64,000 nucleotides of DNA from Adineta vaga (lineage: Eukaryota > Animalia > Rotifera): positions 12,462,001 through 12,526,000 of the forward strand of contig CP075493.1 in NCBI GenBank assembly GCA_021613535.1. Direction: 5' to 3'. Of the stretch, positions 1 to 12,351 are shown in pieces. The notes under the pieces are model-generated. The model was given only the letters and a program-made list of their open reading frames with translations. It made no database searches and had not been told where the DNA came from. Numbering within the stretch: the first letter of the stretch is position 1; each line of letters opens with the position of its first letter. The translations under genes and the position numbers were made by a program.

Positions 1-1211
1 TTTCTATATCATTTAGTATTCGATTTGTATCCATATTAAGTGATGTTATGTTCATAAATCGATGTGGTATCGAATTGAATACTGAACAATGAAGATATTT
101 GATGTGCTGATCACATGAAAATTCAGGTAATGTAGAATCGAGTGGCCAGTTTGTATAAGGATACTTGACGATAGTCGATAGAAAACGTGGTATGGTGAAA
201 ATCTCTCGTGTATCTGAATCGTCGTAGGCAACAAACCAACGTTTTTGCTCGAGCCAAAATATAGAACGAAATGATTGAAGAATCGTTTCTTCCGAAATAT
301 GATGGAATGAATTGAAAAAACGAATTCGAAAATCGAATACAGATAGATTCAAAACAATGGGTTCCCATTGTTGACCATCAACCAGATCATCAGAGCCTTC
401 AGTATTCAATTGGAAATGTTTTAAATTTGGAGTTTTCGACAACAATTCTTTCATTTGTCTCATCAATATTTTTTCGCCTTAATTGAAAAAAAAGGATTAA
501 AATTCGATTGTATGTATTCGACTTACCATAAGTATTCAGTATCAATGTTTTTAGATGAGTCAGTAATGGAATATTATTCGACCAATTTGAGCCAATACCA
601 CAAGTCAGTGTTATATCCAATGTTTGAAGATTCGGTATCATTGTAAATAGAGTTACTAACTGATGACAACTACAATATTTCAGATTCAAGTGATATAAAT
701 CAGGCAATGAAATGTTTAAAAGATGATTGGTATTGTATGCCATCAATCGATTCAACCGAGGAAGTATATTTTTAATGATTATATAAATTTCTTGGTGATA
801 CGGTTCGAATAGATGAGGTAGATCAAGTGATTTTAATTCTTTAAGTTGATGTAATTTGTTTAATTTCTTGAATGTATCACTGTTCATTAAACTCATATCG
901 AATAAACGAAGACGAGTGAATTGATCGATTTTGAAATATGAAAAGAAAAGCTCAGATTGATCTGGTGTATCATCATCATCAGATAATACCAATGAAATAA
1001 TTTGATCTGGTCGTATAAAACGGCACGTAACATCAAAATGGCATTTAAGAACTGATCGAAAATTAACTAAATATCGATCATAACTAATTAGTATTTTATT
1101 AAAATAGTCCGTTACATTGGAAAATGCATAGATGATTTCATGTGCTGAAAGATAAATAAAAATCTCATGAACCAATTCGACAGGCAAACGATCTAGTAAG
1201 CATATTGACAT
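1..1211 (-). CDS. F-box/LRR-like protein (spliced; continues beyond window start)
   Basis: N-terminal LLDRLPVELVHEIFIYL F-box motif followed by LxxLxL repeats (LRLFDM, LKSLDL, LQTLDI, LKTLIL). Probable intron near 475-527; further coding-like sequence runs to the window edge. Confidence 0.75.
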
Positions 1212-1990
1212 GATGTTTTATCTAAAATGAAAACGAAGTTGCCAGTAAAAATATGATATAGTAGATAATGAATCATACCGAATATATTTGCTCTTCTCTC
1301 TTGACGAATGATTCTACATATAGAACACAAAAAACAACGCGGTATGTTTGTCGTTCTGTTTAAACGTCACTGAAAACGTGTTTTTTATTTCTACTATGAT
1401 CAAAGTAATTCAATTCTTTTTCAAACCCAAAAATTTCATTCTGGTTATATAGTTCACGTTGAAAGATTAACCAGCATATATTATATTTACCCCTCTATCT
1501 GTTAATTAGAAACGATATATTATGTTACTTATAATTTAAAATTGCAAAATATTTTTCAATCACGCGGGTAAACAAAATCAACATGAGCAGAAAACTAAGC
1601 TTAATTTCTCTAAATCATATGTAAATACAGCTATTCAAAGTTAATCGATAATAAGTTAATTTGTAATTTCAATCTCACAATATAAGAACACAAACAATAC
1701 TATGCATACTCATCCGATCCGATAGAAAACTACTTGGTCTCTTTTCAAAATATCGATCAACTAAGATCCAGAGTTAACTGGACACGCCTTCGTCGCAACA
1801 CTACAGAGACCGAATTCGAGCAAAAAGATATTAATCGATAAAATTTTAAAAATAATCTCATTTCGTTTTGTAAAATGAGAATGATTTTTGATTGACTTTT
1901 CAATGATCATTTACAATAACATTTAAGTTTCGTATTTTTTCTTATTCTTATCATATAATCACATGCCATTTTCTATACTAATCATTGTAC

Positions 1991-3680
1991 ATGGATAATT
2001 CACGTTTGCGTGCAATTCTTCTCAATCTTCAAGATCGTCTTAGTAATGATGATCGAAAACGTCTTCATTTCTATCTCGGAAATGATGTTCCACGAAGAAT
2101 TCGAGATGATCCATCATTGAATGGTACCCTTAGTCTATTGGATTCACTTTTCGATCAAGATAAAATCAATGAGGAAGATTTTACTTATCTTATCAATGCT
2201 TTTCAACAAATTCGTTGTTTTGATGCAGCAAGATTATTAGAGTGTTGTTTTTTGCTTTGGATTTATTCAAATTTTCAAAGATTTTCGTTTCTATTTAGAA
2301 TGTATCAATCATAACCGAAAGAAGGGATTGAATGAATCCATGCAAAGTTTATCATTAATCATGCCACCAATACTTGATCAACTCCTTAACGATGAAGTAG
2401 TAGATGATCAACTAGCTATACAAACGTGTAAGTAAAAATTTTCTCATAATTTGATTTTTATAGTTTTCATTTTAGATCAAAATGTTTCTAATAGTAAAAC
2501 AAATTTTAATGAAAATCATCCATCATTGATTGTTGAAAATGAAAGTAATTTATTTTCGATTGAACAAAAAAGATGATTCTTTCGAAAATATTTTCTATTG
2601 TTTATTTATGTATCTATCATGATTTTAATGATTTTCTTTTTGAATTGGAATTATTTTGAAAATCGTCAATTGAAATCAAATCAAAATGGACTCTTTCAAA
2701 GGATACAAAAGAGTGAAGGAAATTTTAGTCATTTTATTAAAACAATAAAACAACTACAACACAAATTCTCAATAATGAAGAATAAAAGTAAGTGTAATGA
2801 ATTTGGTTTTCAGTCCTGTTTAATCAAAACAATTTTCTCAGTACTTTCCTGTAATGACTATGAATATTTTTTTCATTTGTTAGAATAATTAGTATGAAAT
2901 GGTCTTTTCCTCAAAGAAAGAATACCTTTTGGTATGTTTTTCAGATCTGAAATTCAAACAACATGCAATGATTGTTGCGGGAGGAAATGGAAGAGGGAAA
3001 GAATTAAACCAACTTCATACTCCTCATGGTATCTTTATTGATGAAAAGAAAACAATCTTCATTGCTGATCGAGGAAACTCACGAGTGATTCAATGGTTCG
3101 ATGATCAAAGACAAGAAATTCTCATCGAATATATTGCTTGTTCTCGTTTAACAGTGGATCAATATGGATTTCTTTATGTTTCTGATCACGTAAAGAATGA
3201 AGTGAGACGATGGAAAATTGGTGAAAAAGGAAAAGGAACATTAGTTGCAGGTAGAAATGGGAAGGAAGTCAACTTCATCAACTCAATAGTCCTACTTACA
3301 TATTTGTTGATGAAAATCAATCAATTTATATCTCAGATTCAAACAATCATCGTGTAATGAAGTGGTTGAAAGATGCGAAAGAAGGAATTGTTGTCGCTGG
3401 AGGAAATGGTCAAGGAAATAGCTTAAATCAACTGTCTTTTCCTAGAGGATTCTTTGTTAATTCATGGAATCAAATCTATGTGGCAGATTTGGATAATCGT
3501 CGAATAATGCGATGGTATGAAGGAGATCGAGCGGGTGAGATTATTGTTGGTGAAAATGGAAAACCAAATCAGACAAATGAGTTGAAAACTCCTGAGGGTT
3601 TATCGTTTGATGTAGAAGGAAATCTTTATGTTTCTGATTATTGGAGAAATAAAATTGTTCGATTTGACGTAATATTGTGA
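1991..3680 (+). pseudogene. DED - TM - coiled-coil - NHL repeat protein, disrupted
   Basis: DED-like N-terminus (LRAILLNLQDRLSNDDRKRLHFYL...LSLLDSLFDQDKI..EDFTYLINAFQQIRCFDAARLL), a hydrophobic segment near 2590-2650 and NHL repeats (VAGGNGxG, IADxxNxRV). There is a probable in-frame TGA near 2574, a frameshift near 3262 and one NHL segment deleted relative to the paralog at 5188-6077. Confidence 0.7.
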
Positions 3681-4328
3681 CTGCGATTTTCATTAAAAGA
3701 TTTTAATAAAAGCTTAACAAAAGCAACTGAATTATTTGGATTACGATTATTATGTATATGACACGTTCGATACGTATCGAAACGTTTGTTTAAGGTCAAG
3801 CAAAAAAAACTGTACATTGAAATTCTAACATGGTCGAAACTATAGCAAGAGCAATATAATTTACCATTGTTTATTGGTTCAGCTTATTCCATGTTTTATA
3901 ATTAAACTTATCATATTATTTTCTGAAATAATCCTATTCATATCTACTAGGATGACAGAAATTCTATAAGATTCTATCTCCGCTCCACTAGAGAAAGGTG
4001 CAATTATCTCCGTTTTGATATTCATCTCCTTTGTTCAATTTTTCCCATACATTTATGTATAATAACTCTCAATCCTTCCGATTCTATCGAGAGAAAAACA
4101 TGTGACATAAATTCTTCCAAACTATTTTCTTTTCTTCTTTACTCTTTGCTTAGACAAACAACATCATTAAAGCAATGTGTTTACACTTTATTTACATCAC
4201 AACTCGAAAAAAAAACTCATTTTTTTCTTCCTTTTTTGCGTTTTTCAAATCTAGAATTATTGATACAAACACACAAAATTTACTGGTCTTTTTCAAATAG
4301 CAAATTTTCTCTCAACGAGAATTGATCA

Positions 4329-6077
4329 ATGGCTGAAAGAATTATTCCTCAACGTTTTCTTGATGCTGCTGAAGAACCTGATCAGACTCTCACACCAATC
4401 AAAGGATATGAAAAAGCTCCACTTGTTTCACTCAAACAAGCAGTGGAACCAATCAAATCTTTACTTTATGATATCGATGCAATGGTTGCCACCGCATTGA
4501 GAAATTCTAAAAAACCAGCAGATGGATTGACACAAGATGAATCTGCTTCGATTCATTTATATACCATGCAATGGCCTGAACCTCATCTCAGTTTATTTAC
4601 TTTACTGAATAAAAATCTTCGATCGAAAAATCGAAATGTTTTGAAACTATGGTTTCTTTTTCTCAAACTTTTCTTTACAGCTCTATTCAAACTTCCATCG
4701 ACTAAAGGAGTTATTTATCGAGGTGTTCAAGGCAATCTTTTGAATGAATATAATGATGAAGATCATTTTTGGTGGGGAATGAGTTCATGCACTGAAAGTA
4801 TCAATATTATAGAAGGATTTCTTGGAACAAATGAAGATCGAACTATTTTCAATATTGAATGTTTAAATGGAAAATCGATTCGATCTCACTCCTATTTTCA
4901 AGATGAAAATGAGATTCTTCTTCTTCCTGGAAGTTATTTTCAAATTGTTGGAAAACTTAAAGCTGCAAAAAGAGTAACAATTATTCATTTGAGAGAAAAA
5001 ATACCAGAATATGCAACACTCGCCTCGCCTTTTGATAATTCAATGCCAACCATAGAACACTTAACAATTTCATCATCGAATGCAACAGCACTGAAATCAT
5101 CCAGTAGGTTTGTTGTTTAGACTGTGTTAAGAAGAAGAATAAGTTCCACCTAAAGAGAAGATATCTTTTTTTAATCTCTACTTTTAGAAGCAAAATTTCA
5201 ACAACATGGAAAGATTGTTGCAGGAGGAAATGGGGAAGGAACAGAATGCAATCAACTTTCTCGTCCTATTGGAATAATTATTGATGAAAACAAAACGATC
5301 TTTATTGCTGATATGAAAAATCATCGAATTATTCGATGGAAATGTAAAGAAAATAAAGGACAAACCATTGCAGGAGGGAATGGAACAGGAAACAGAATGA
5401 ATCAATTCAATGGACCAGCAGATGTGGTTGTTGATCAACGAAATAACTCACTCATCATTGCTGACAATGGAAATAGACGAGTGACGCGATGGTTTGATAA
5501 TCAGAACCAAGAAGTTCTCATTGACAGTATTGATTGTTCTCGTTTGACAATGGATCAATATGGATTTCTTTATGTTTCTGATTACGTAAAGAACGAAGTG
5601 AGACGATGGAAAATTGGTGAAAAAGGAAAAGGAACATTAGTTGCAGGTGGAAATGGGAAAGGAAATCAACACAATCAACTCTACAATCCGACTCACATCT
5701 TTGTTGATGAAAATCAATCGGTGTATATTTCCGATTGGGGAAATAATCGTGTGATGAAATGGTTGAAAGATGCGAAAGAAGGAGTCGTTGTTGCCGGAGG
5801 AAATAGCGAAATAAGTGAATTGCATCAACGGTTTAAACCTCAAGGATTATTTGTTGATCAATGGAAACAAATCTATGTAGCAGATTTTGCGAATCATCGA
5901 ATAATGCGATGGTGTGAAGGAGATCGAGAAGGTGAGATTGTTGTTGGTGGAAATGGTGAAGGAAATCAGACAAATCAATTGAATACTCCCATGGAAATAT
6001 CATTTGATATGGAAGGAAATCTTTATGTTTGTGATCAACATAATAATCGAGTCCTCCGGTTTGATTTGATATTGTAA
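4329..6077 (+). CDS. ADP-ribosyltransferase (R-S-E type) fused to NHL beta-propeller, about 554 aa
   Basis: ART motifs IYRGV, SSCT and DENEILLL. A phase-1 intron 5104-5187 (GTAGGT...TTTTAG) joins the ART in frame to an NHL-repeat exon 5188-6077. Confidence 0.85.
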
Positions 6078-7100
6078 TAGAAGCATTAATCAAAGAATTC
6101 GATTTTTGTATTTTGGAAATAATATGAAAAGTTTTTTGAACAAAATTTTGTGGAGAATTCATTAAGCAGACGTTTAATCGGATGATAATCAAATAAACAA
6201 ACGAAAGAAGTCAAGAGATATGTCGGATCGTTTCTTGTGAAATAGTGAAATAGTGAGATAGATGAAGAGAAGGAATAATTGTTATATGGCGGAATGTATC
6301 GTCCGCGAATGATATATAAATTTAAATTCTAGAACAATATCATTATTTGCATCGATGTAATGATAAGATTAAATGCACTTAATATGGTTGTTGTTTTTTA
6401 TTAACAAAGTGGATTCTAATTGTTAATTATTAATATTTTTTATATTGAACGGGCAAGTAATATTACACATAAGGTTTCGAAAAGTTCAAGCAAGAATAAT
6501 AAACTTAATTTCTATCCATTACATAAAATAAAAAGTAGTTTTCATGACAAAAAACAATGATTAAGAAAAATTATCAAACGTAAAGAAAAATTGTAGAATA
6601 TTAATTGAAGTTAACAATTTATTGATCTTGATAAGTGACCATCGTCATTGGTTCATTTGTTAATGTTCTATGCTACTAATGAAAAATCTTGAAATTACTT
6701 TATTAATACGATCATAGAGGAGAAAACATTAGAAGAGTATATATACTAATGTGTATAGTTTTAACTCATTTATCAAATCTGAGTCATCGAGTATTACTTA
6801 ACAAAAATCATATTCACTGTATTTACTGGAAGAAGTTCAGCTATTGGGACATCTTCTCATTTCTCCTTGTATTCTAGTTTTACCTTCCGTACCACGTTTA
6901 GTACTCGCTTTTCTACTTGCGGTTGTGTGAAAACAACTGAAGATCTTTGGATTTATCTTGCTGGTTACTTTACCTTTCCAATATTTGTTTTACCTATTCT
7001 CATCTATATAGAAAACAATTCAAAAATTGTCTACACAAAGCAATTACTAGACTAAAATGTCATCATTAATGATCACAGTAGTTTAGAAACTAATTCAAAG

Positions 7101-7166
7101 ATCTTGAGGGTGTGGGCGTACATACACATGATAATAGTATGTCACTTACACACCCACCGTCAAGAT
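7101..7166. repeat. Telomeric-repeat mini inverted repeat
   Basis: ATCTTGAGGGTGTGGG...CACACCCACCGTCAAGAT. Confidence 0.8.
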
Positions 7167-7843
7167 TATTACTGTATGTGTCTATTATCTAGATATTGAT
7201 GATTAACTTGAATATAAACCATTAAAACATTGTCAAAAATATGTAATTCAATATTATTATCGATGGATTGATATTGATCATTATAGTACATCTATAAGAA
7301 CTAATACAAATATTGTATTTCCAACAAATTCGAAATTTAACTTACAAATATTTTAAATTGGTCATTGAATCATACAAAGTCTAACTGACATGGATTGGAA
7401 TTAGTTAATACGATCTACCAAAAAATAATATCAATATATGTCGTTCAGTTCAACATTTTAAATAACTCGAATTGTACTCATCTTCGTTTAGTATTTTAAA
7501 GATTTTTAGATTCAGATTCAGTCTCGGACTTTTATCTACTTTGTTGATTGTTTTCAGAGAATAGATAAATGGATAGGGATACCTTTTCTTGATCTCCAGC
7601 TTATTGTCTTCACGCACATTCCCCGAATATTGTATCTCAGTTTTTTTCCATTATTCCCTTTTTATGAGTGTCTTTAAATTGATTTCAAAGCATAATATTC
7701 GAACGATGGAATTAGATTTTTCTAGGAATTACTAATCCCGATTTTAATTGGAACCTCATATATATATAAGGTAATATATATGTTCCCGATATTCAAAACC
7801 GATTGTTTATTATTTTTTTTTCTTATTAGGAATAGAAAGAAAT

Positions 7844-9299
7844 ATGATGAAAATTCTTATTTTTCTTGTATCAAATTTACTTTTGTTGACTTCTGGAATT
7901 CCAGTCAGTGTTTATATTCTTTTGTTTTTGATTCTCATGACAAAATTTATTTAGATATCTCCGCCAGTAAAGTATTCCTCATCGTCGACCAATAAGAAGA
8001 ACATTAATCCTGAGGAAATCGGTATTTATTCTATTATCTTTATTATGAACTATATGAAGGTTATATAGAGATGTGTCTGCACCCAGAATATTTTTTAAAA
8101 AATAGACAAAATTAAATGAGTTCTATCATGACGTGACAAGTTTTCGTTATCGAACTTTCTTTTGAAGAAAATTTTCATGTCTTCAAATATTTGAAAAAAA
8201 ACCGAGTGCAATTCTGAAAGAGTTAAATATCTTTGCTATAGGTAATGGTTTTGGTGATGATATGCTGTTTCCTATGCCGCTAAATTCCATGTCGTACCGT
8301 GGTGTTGCCTATAATCAAGTAAATAAGTGGCCTAATGGAATTATTCCCTACGATATATCCGCTATCACAAGTAAGTTTAGATTAAAATTCATAGTCATAA
8401 TAATTAATATCAGCATCTCATGAGGTTCATTCATATAGTTAAATTTCGATTCACTATAATCCAATACAGTAAATTTATCTCTATTTTAGATGCAACAGAT
8501 CGCTTAACGATTGAGAATGCAATGCAACATGTTATGTATGACACCGGTTCTCCTATTGCAAATTCAGTATCACGTAATCGTTGCGTTCATTTTCGACCAC
8601 GGTTAGGTAGTGATACTACTTATCTAACCATTGTGTACGGACAAGGATGCAATGCACACGTAAATAACGATCAAAGATCGACTGATATCTTTAACATGAT
8701 TATTGAATAGGTTGGCTATTACCCTAAATATGCATTAAAATTGACATTACAGAAAGATGCACAAGGAAACTGTTTTACCAATGGTGTTATCCAACATGAA
8801 CTATTGCATGTTCTTGGTGAGTAATATCTTTTAAACTGATTAACTTTTTTTTCTTTCTATGAACAGGCTTTAAACATGAACATTCACGACCTGATCGTGA
8901 TAATTATGTTCAAATCAATTATGCAAATATTGATTCACAATGGGTAATAGACAATAAGCAAGATATAGTCTATTTTCTTGATTTAAACAAAGCGAATACA
9001 TCACTTATCACACATAATCACTAATCTACTGCAATAGAATGAAAATTAAGTCTGATGTGTTTTTTTTCCTTCTATAGCATTATGCCTTCGATAAACAAGT
9101 ATGGGGTACAACAGCAGTTGATTTGAAAACTAATTATGATTATGGCTCAATTATGCACTATGGAAGAGATTATTTCTCCAAAAATGGTTTACCAACAATA
9201 GTTCCCAAACAAGACAACGTTCAAATTGGTAATCGCGAAAAACTTAGTCCTACTGATATCCTTGAAGTACGTCGATTTTACGGATGTCAAGCTTATTGA
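7844..9299 (+). CDS. Astacin-family zinc metalloprotease (M12A), about 7 exons
   Basis: Signal peptide MMKILIFLVSNLLLLTSG, KWPNGIIPY, HELLHVLG|FKHEHSRPDRD zinc motif split by an intron, SIMHY Met-turn, and C-terminal IGNREKLSPTDILEVRRFYGC. Confidence 0.92.
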
Positions 9300-10058
9300 G
9301 CCTAACATATACATTAATTACATAACATGATTGTTACTCTAAAAGAATTCAAAACGCAATAAATCTACTAATAGAAGTTGAAAATATCTTTCTGCACTTT
9401 CATATTGACCTGCATTTATAAGAGCAATTCTAAGTGTTGTCAATGCCGTTCTTTCTAAGGAACATCTTTGTTGATATTAATTTTCTATCAGTTAAAACTA
9501 ACTCAATACTCCATCTATATCTTCCGAATAAATTGATTTGAAGTTGTAAAATAGGTCCCGTTACAAATACACTTTAATCGCGTATATTAGCAAATGTCTG
9601 TGTTAATCTATGTTGATTATTTATATCCATTTGATAAATAATCGATTGTTTTTCTGGTCTTTGTTCTCAATCACTGGAATATATACTAGCAAGTTCTTTT
9701 GTTACTGTTATTGAAAGAAAATTATTCATAATAAGAAATGATAACCAGTATGTTAATGAAAATTATTAAATTCATTAAAATTAATACATTGACCACGATA
9801 AAAAATATAAACATCTTCTTTTACTAATGTTTCTTGTTGTTCATTATGTAACATGATCGTTCGATGTACTTTCTTTCTCTCTTGCAATTATACAGACGTA
9901 TATGTCCATCATTCATCTCATCACTCTCTAGTTTGTTTTTCGCGTCGGACGGCCGCTTCAAATACATATATAAAGAATGAGTGTACATCACTTGTGCTGT
10001 ACACATCGACGTTTTCGTCTATTAGTTAATACAAGCAAACTACGACTGAATTTCCAAT

Positions 10059-10514
10059 ATGAAATTAATCATCATCGTCACAATTGTTCTTCTTGGTTAT
10101 GTTGCTTTTAGCGAAGGTAAATTCGAAATATATTCCTGAAGAAAACTTCATACGAAAATTACTTTCTTTAGCACTTCAATGTTTTTCACATGATCTATGC
10201 ATAAGACATTGTCCACGATTAAACAGCACGGTTATAACGTGTGCTTCTGACGAAGATAAATGTTATAAAAGCGCACTTGTATCTGGTGTTATTCGCGGCT
10301 GTGGTAAAGATCGATGCCAATTTCAAGTTTGTTTTACATTGTGGTTCGATTAAAACCATAAATAAATATATTTCATTTGTTATAGGATGGTCTCGCTTCA
10401 AAAATGGCTGATATTTGCTGTGCAGAGGATTTTTGTAACGGAACGTTTGATTGAGAAACACCACTGAGCACTATTCTCGTCATTGTTGCTGCTTTTCTTT
10501 TTGCTCGTATGTGA
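10059..10514 (+). CDS. Ly6/uPAR (three-finger) protein with in-frame TGA before its GPI signal
   Basis: Three exons. Signal peptide, LQCF...C..C...TC...KCYK...RGC...RC...ICCAEDFCN. TGA at 10452-10454 is followed in frame by the hydrophobic tail ETPLSTILVIVAAFLFARM*. Confidence 0.8.
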
Positions 10515-10686
10515 ATGTAGCTAATAATCTATCTTATAAGTGTTAATTTTTGTCATTCATCATGTCTTGAATTGTGTTTTTTGGTAATAGTTAATAAAAC
10601 AATAAAAGAAGTTATATAATTTCAATCACGGAAGTATAGTATTTTTATAGTCCAATGCAAGTTTTATCTTTTCTTTCTGCGATATA

Positions 10687-10753
10687 ATCTCGAGGGTGGG
10701 TGTGGGAGGCCTTTTCTCTTTTATCCATCATCCCTACTCACGCCCATACTCTC
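10687..10753. repeat. Telomeric-repeat mini inverted repeat (degenerate right arm)
   Basis: ATCTCGAGGGTGGGTGTGGGA ... TCCCTACTCACGCCCATACTCTC. Confidence 0.65.
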
Positions 10754-10761
10754 TGTATTTC

Positions 10762-10905
10762 GTACATTTTGTTCAAGACACTGACGTATCATGATCGAAA
10801 AAGTAGACATTTCCAAGGGTTCTCTGTAAAATATGTAAACCGTTCGATCTATACATACTAAAAGAAGCACTATATGAGTAATTGTCGAGGCTGCTGTAAT
10901 ATCAT
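10762..10905 (-). pseudogene. Inverted, truncated copy of the promoter and 5' end of the NYN gene
   Basis: Minus strand matches about 11045-11172 (GCCTCGACAATTACTCATATA shared; MSTFSIMIRQCLE vs MSTFSILTRRCLE). Confidence 0.85.
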
Positions 10906-11134
10906 ATTTCATGTGTCTCTGTAACGGTGTGATATCTAATATGTTATTATACAAACAGAAAGAAAGAAAAATATTTAAGATAAACTGACAGACAGAACGA
11001 TACATTTAATTATTTTCCATCGTTGCGCAATGACAGTGACACATGTAATATTACATCAGCCTCGACAATTACTCATATATAATGTTTTTTTAATATATAT
11101 ATAAATCTACATATTGTACAGTGAATCCTTCAAA

Positions 11135-12199
11135 ATGTCTACTTTTTCAATCCTTACACGTCGGTGTCTCGAATTGAGTGAAATTTGTCCAAAATGTAAA
11201 TGGAATTGTGATCATTACCAATCAAATGGTTTTTGCCGGTGTAGCCCATACGGTAAACGAGACTGTGATATAAGTCGAGAACATTGTTGGACAGACATCG
11301 TAATCCACATTGATATTCCGCCAAATCCTCGACTTTCTGAAGTTAACATAATTATTGATGGTGATAATTTTCCACAACGAATTATAGTTGCATTAATTCA
11401 TCATTTCATAAAGCAAGGATGTAAAACGGTTGGGATAGTTATTTCGCCATCGAAATATATTGGAATTATTAGTGGAAGTTATGGTGACCAGGTTAAATTC
11501 GAGTTTATTCGTCTTGTCGAAGATGGACATGTACTGGTTATTTCGGCAGCTAATTCAATGTATTATGATCACACGGGTGGTTGTGAAGATGCAGTTGTTT
11601 TACACATTGGGATGTATCATCGAGCCATAGTACTCTCAAATGACACATTCAAACCGAAAATTGGTGAAGAACATGAGTTTATTCCAAATACTATTCTTCA
11701 TATAGCTGAAACTAAAATTTCTGACCATGAAATCTTACTAACATTTACCACTCCATCTAATCCCACCCTATCAGGCCCTGATGTTTTAAACTATGTAATA
11801 GATAATGTTCTCGCGCAAAGCACACCAATTGATCCCATATGTACAAGTTCAAATATAGAATCTCATATTCCAGAAATTCTAAAACGACATCGAATTTATA
11901 ATCTGAATAAACATCTGGACCGATGTGATCGTGTTCTTTATGAGCATTATTCAAAATTAGAAAAATATAGTCAACAATTAAATGCGTTTACAAGACAAAT
12001 AGAGAAAGCATCAATTAATGATATGAAATTGATTGAAACATTAAAGGAAAGAAAACAACAAGTGATGGAAAATAGAGAAGAGTATAAAGACAAAATCGCA
12101 TCATTGTTAGAACAAAATATGGGATTTCGAGAAGAAATGGTTCAACAATTAACTATATTAGGTCAGTTAAAACTTTTCGAACAGGAGAAGGAGGATTGA
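11135..12199 (+). CDS. Cys/His-rich N-terminus + NYN/PIN (Zc3h12a/Regnase-like) RNase + coiled coil
   Basis: IIIDGDNF, CEDAVVLHIG and AIVLSNDTF match the DGxN / DD / SND acidic catalytic pattern. N-terminal CPKC..CDH..CRC..C..HC; C-terminal heptad-rich helix. Confidence 0.7.
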   Translation: MSTFSILTRRCLELSEICPKCKWNCDHYQSNGFCRCSPYGKRDCDISREHCWTDIVIHIDIPPNPRLSEVNIIIDGDNFPQRIIVALIHHFIKQGCKTVGIVISPSKYIGIISGSYGDQVKFEFIRLVEDGHVLVISAANSMYYDHTGGCEDAVVLHIGMYHRAIVLSNDTFKPKIGEEHEFIPNTILHIAETKISDHEILLTFTTPSNPTLSGPDVLNYVIDNVLAQSTPIDPICTSSNIESHIPEILKRHRIYNLNKHLDRCDRVLYEHYSKLEKYSQQLNAFTRQIEKASINDMKLIETLKERKQQVMENREEYKDKIASLLEQNMGFREEMVQQLTILGQLKLFEQEKED

Positions 12200-12351
12200 G
12201 ACTAATAAAAGTGGATAGAAATTTTGGCTTCATCTCGTTTCAATGAGGACTATATGAGTTTATGAAATGATCATGGATTGATTCCAAACATTAGTCTTGA
12301 ATCAAAAACTCAGATCAGCTTTCTTTCTTAAAAAAATCATCGTCTTTTTAG

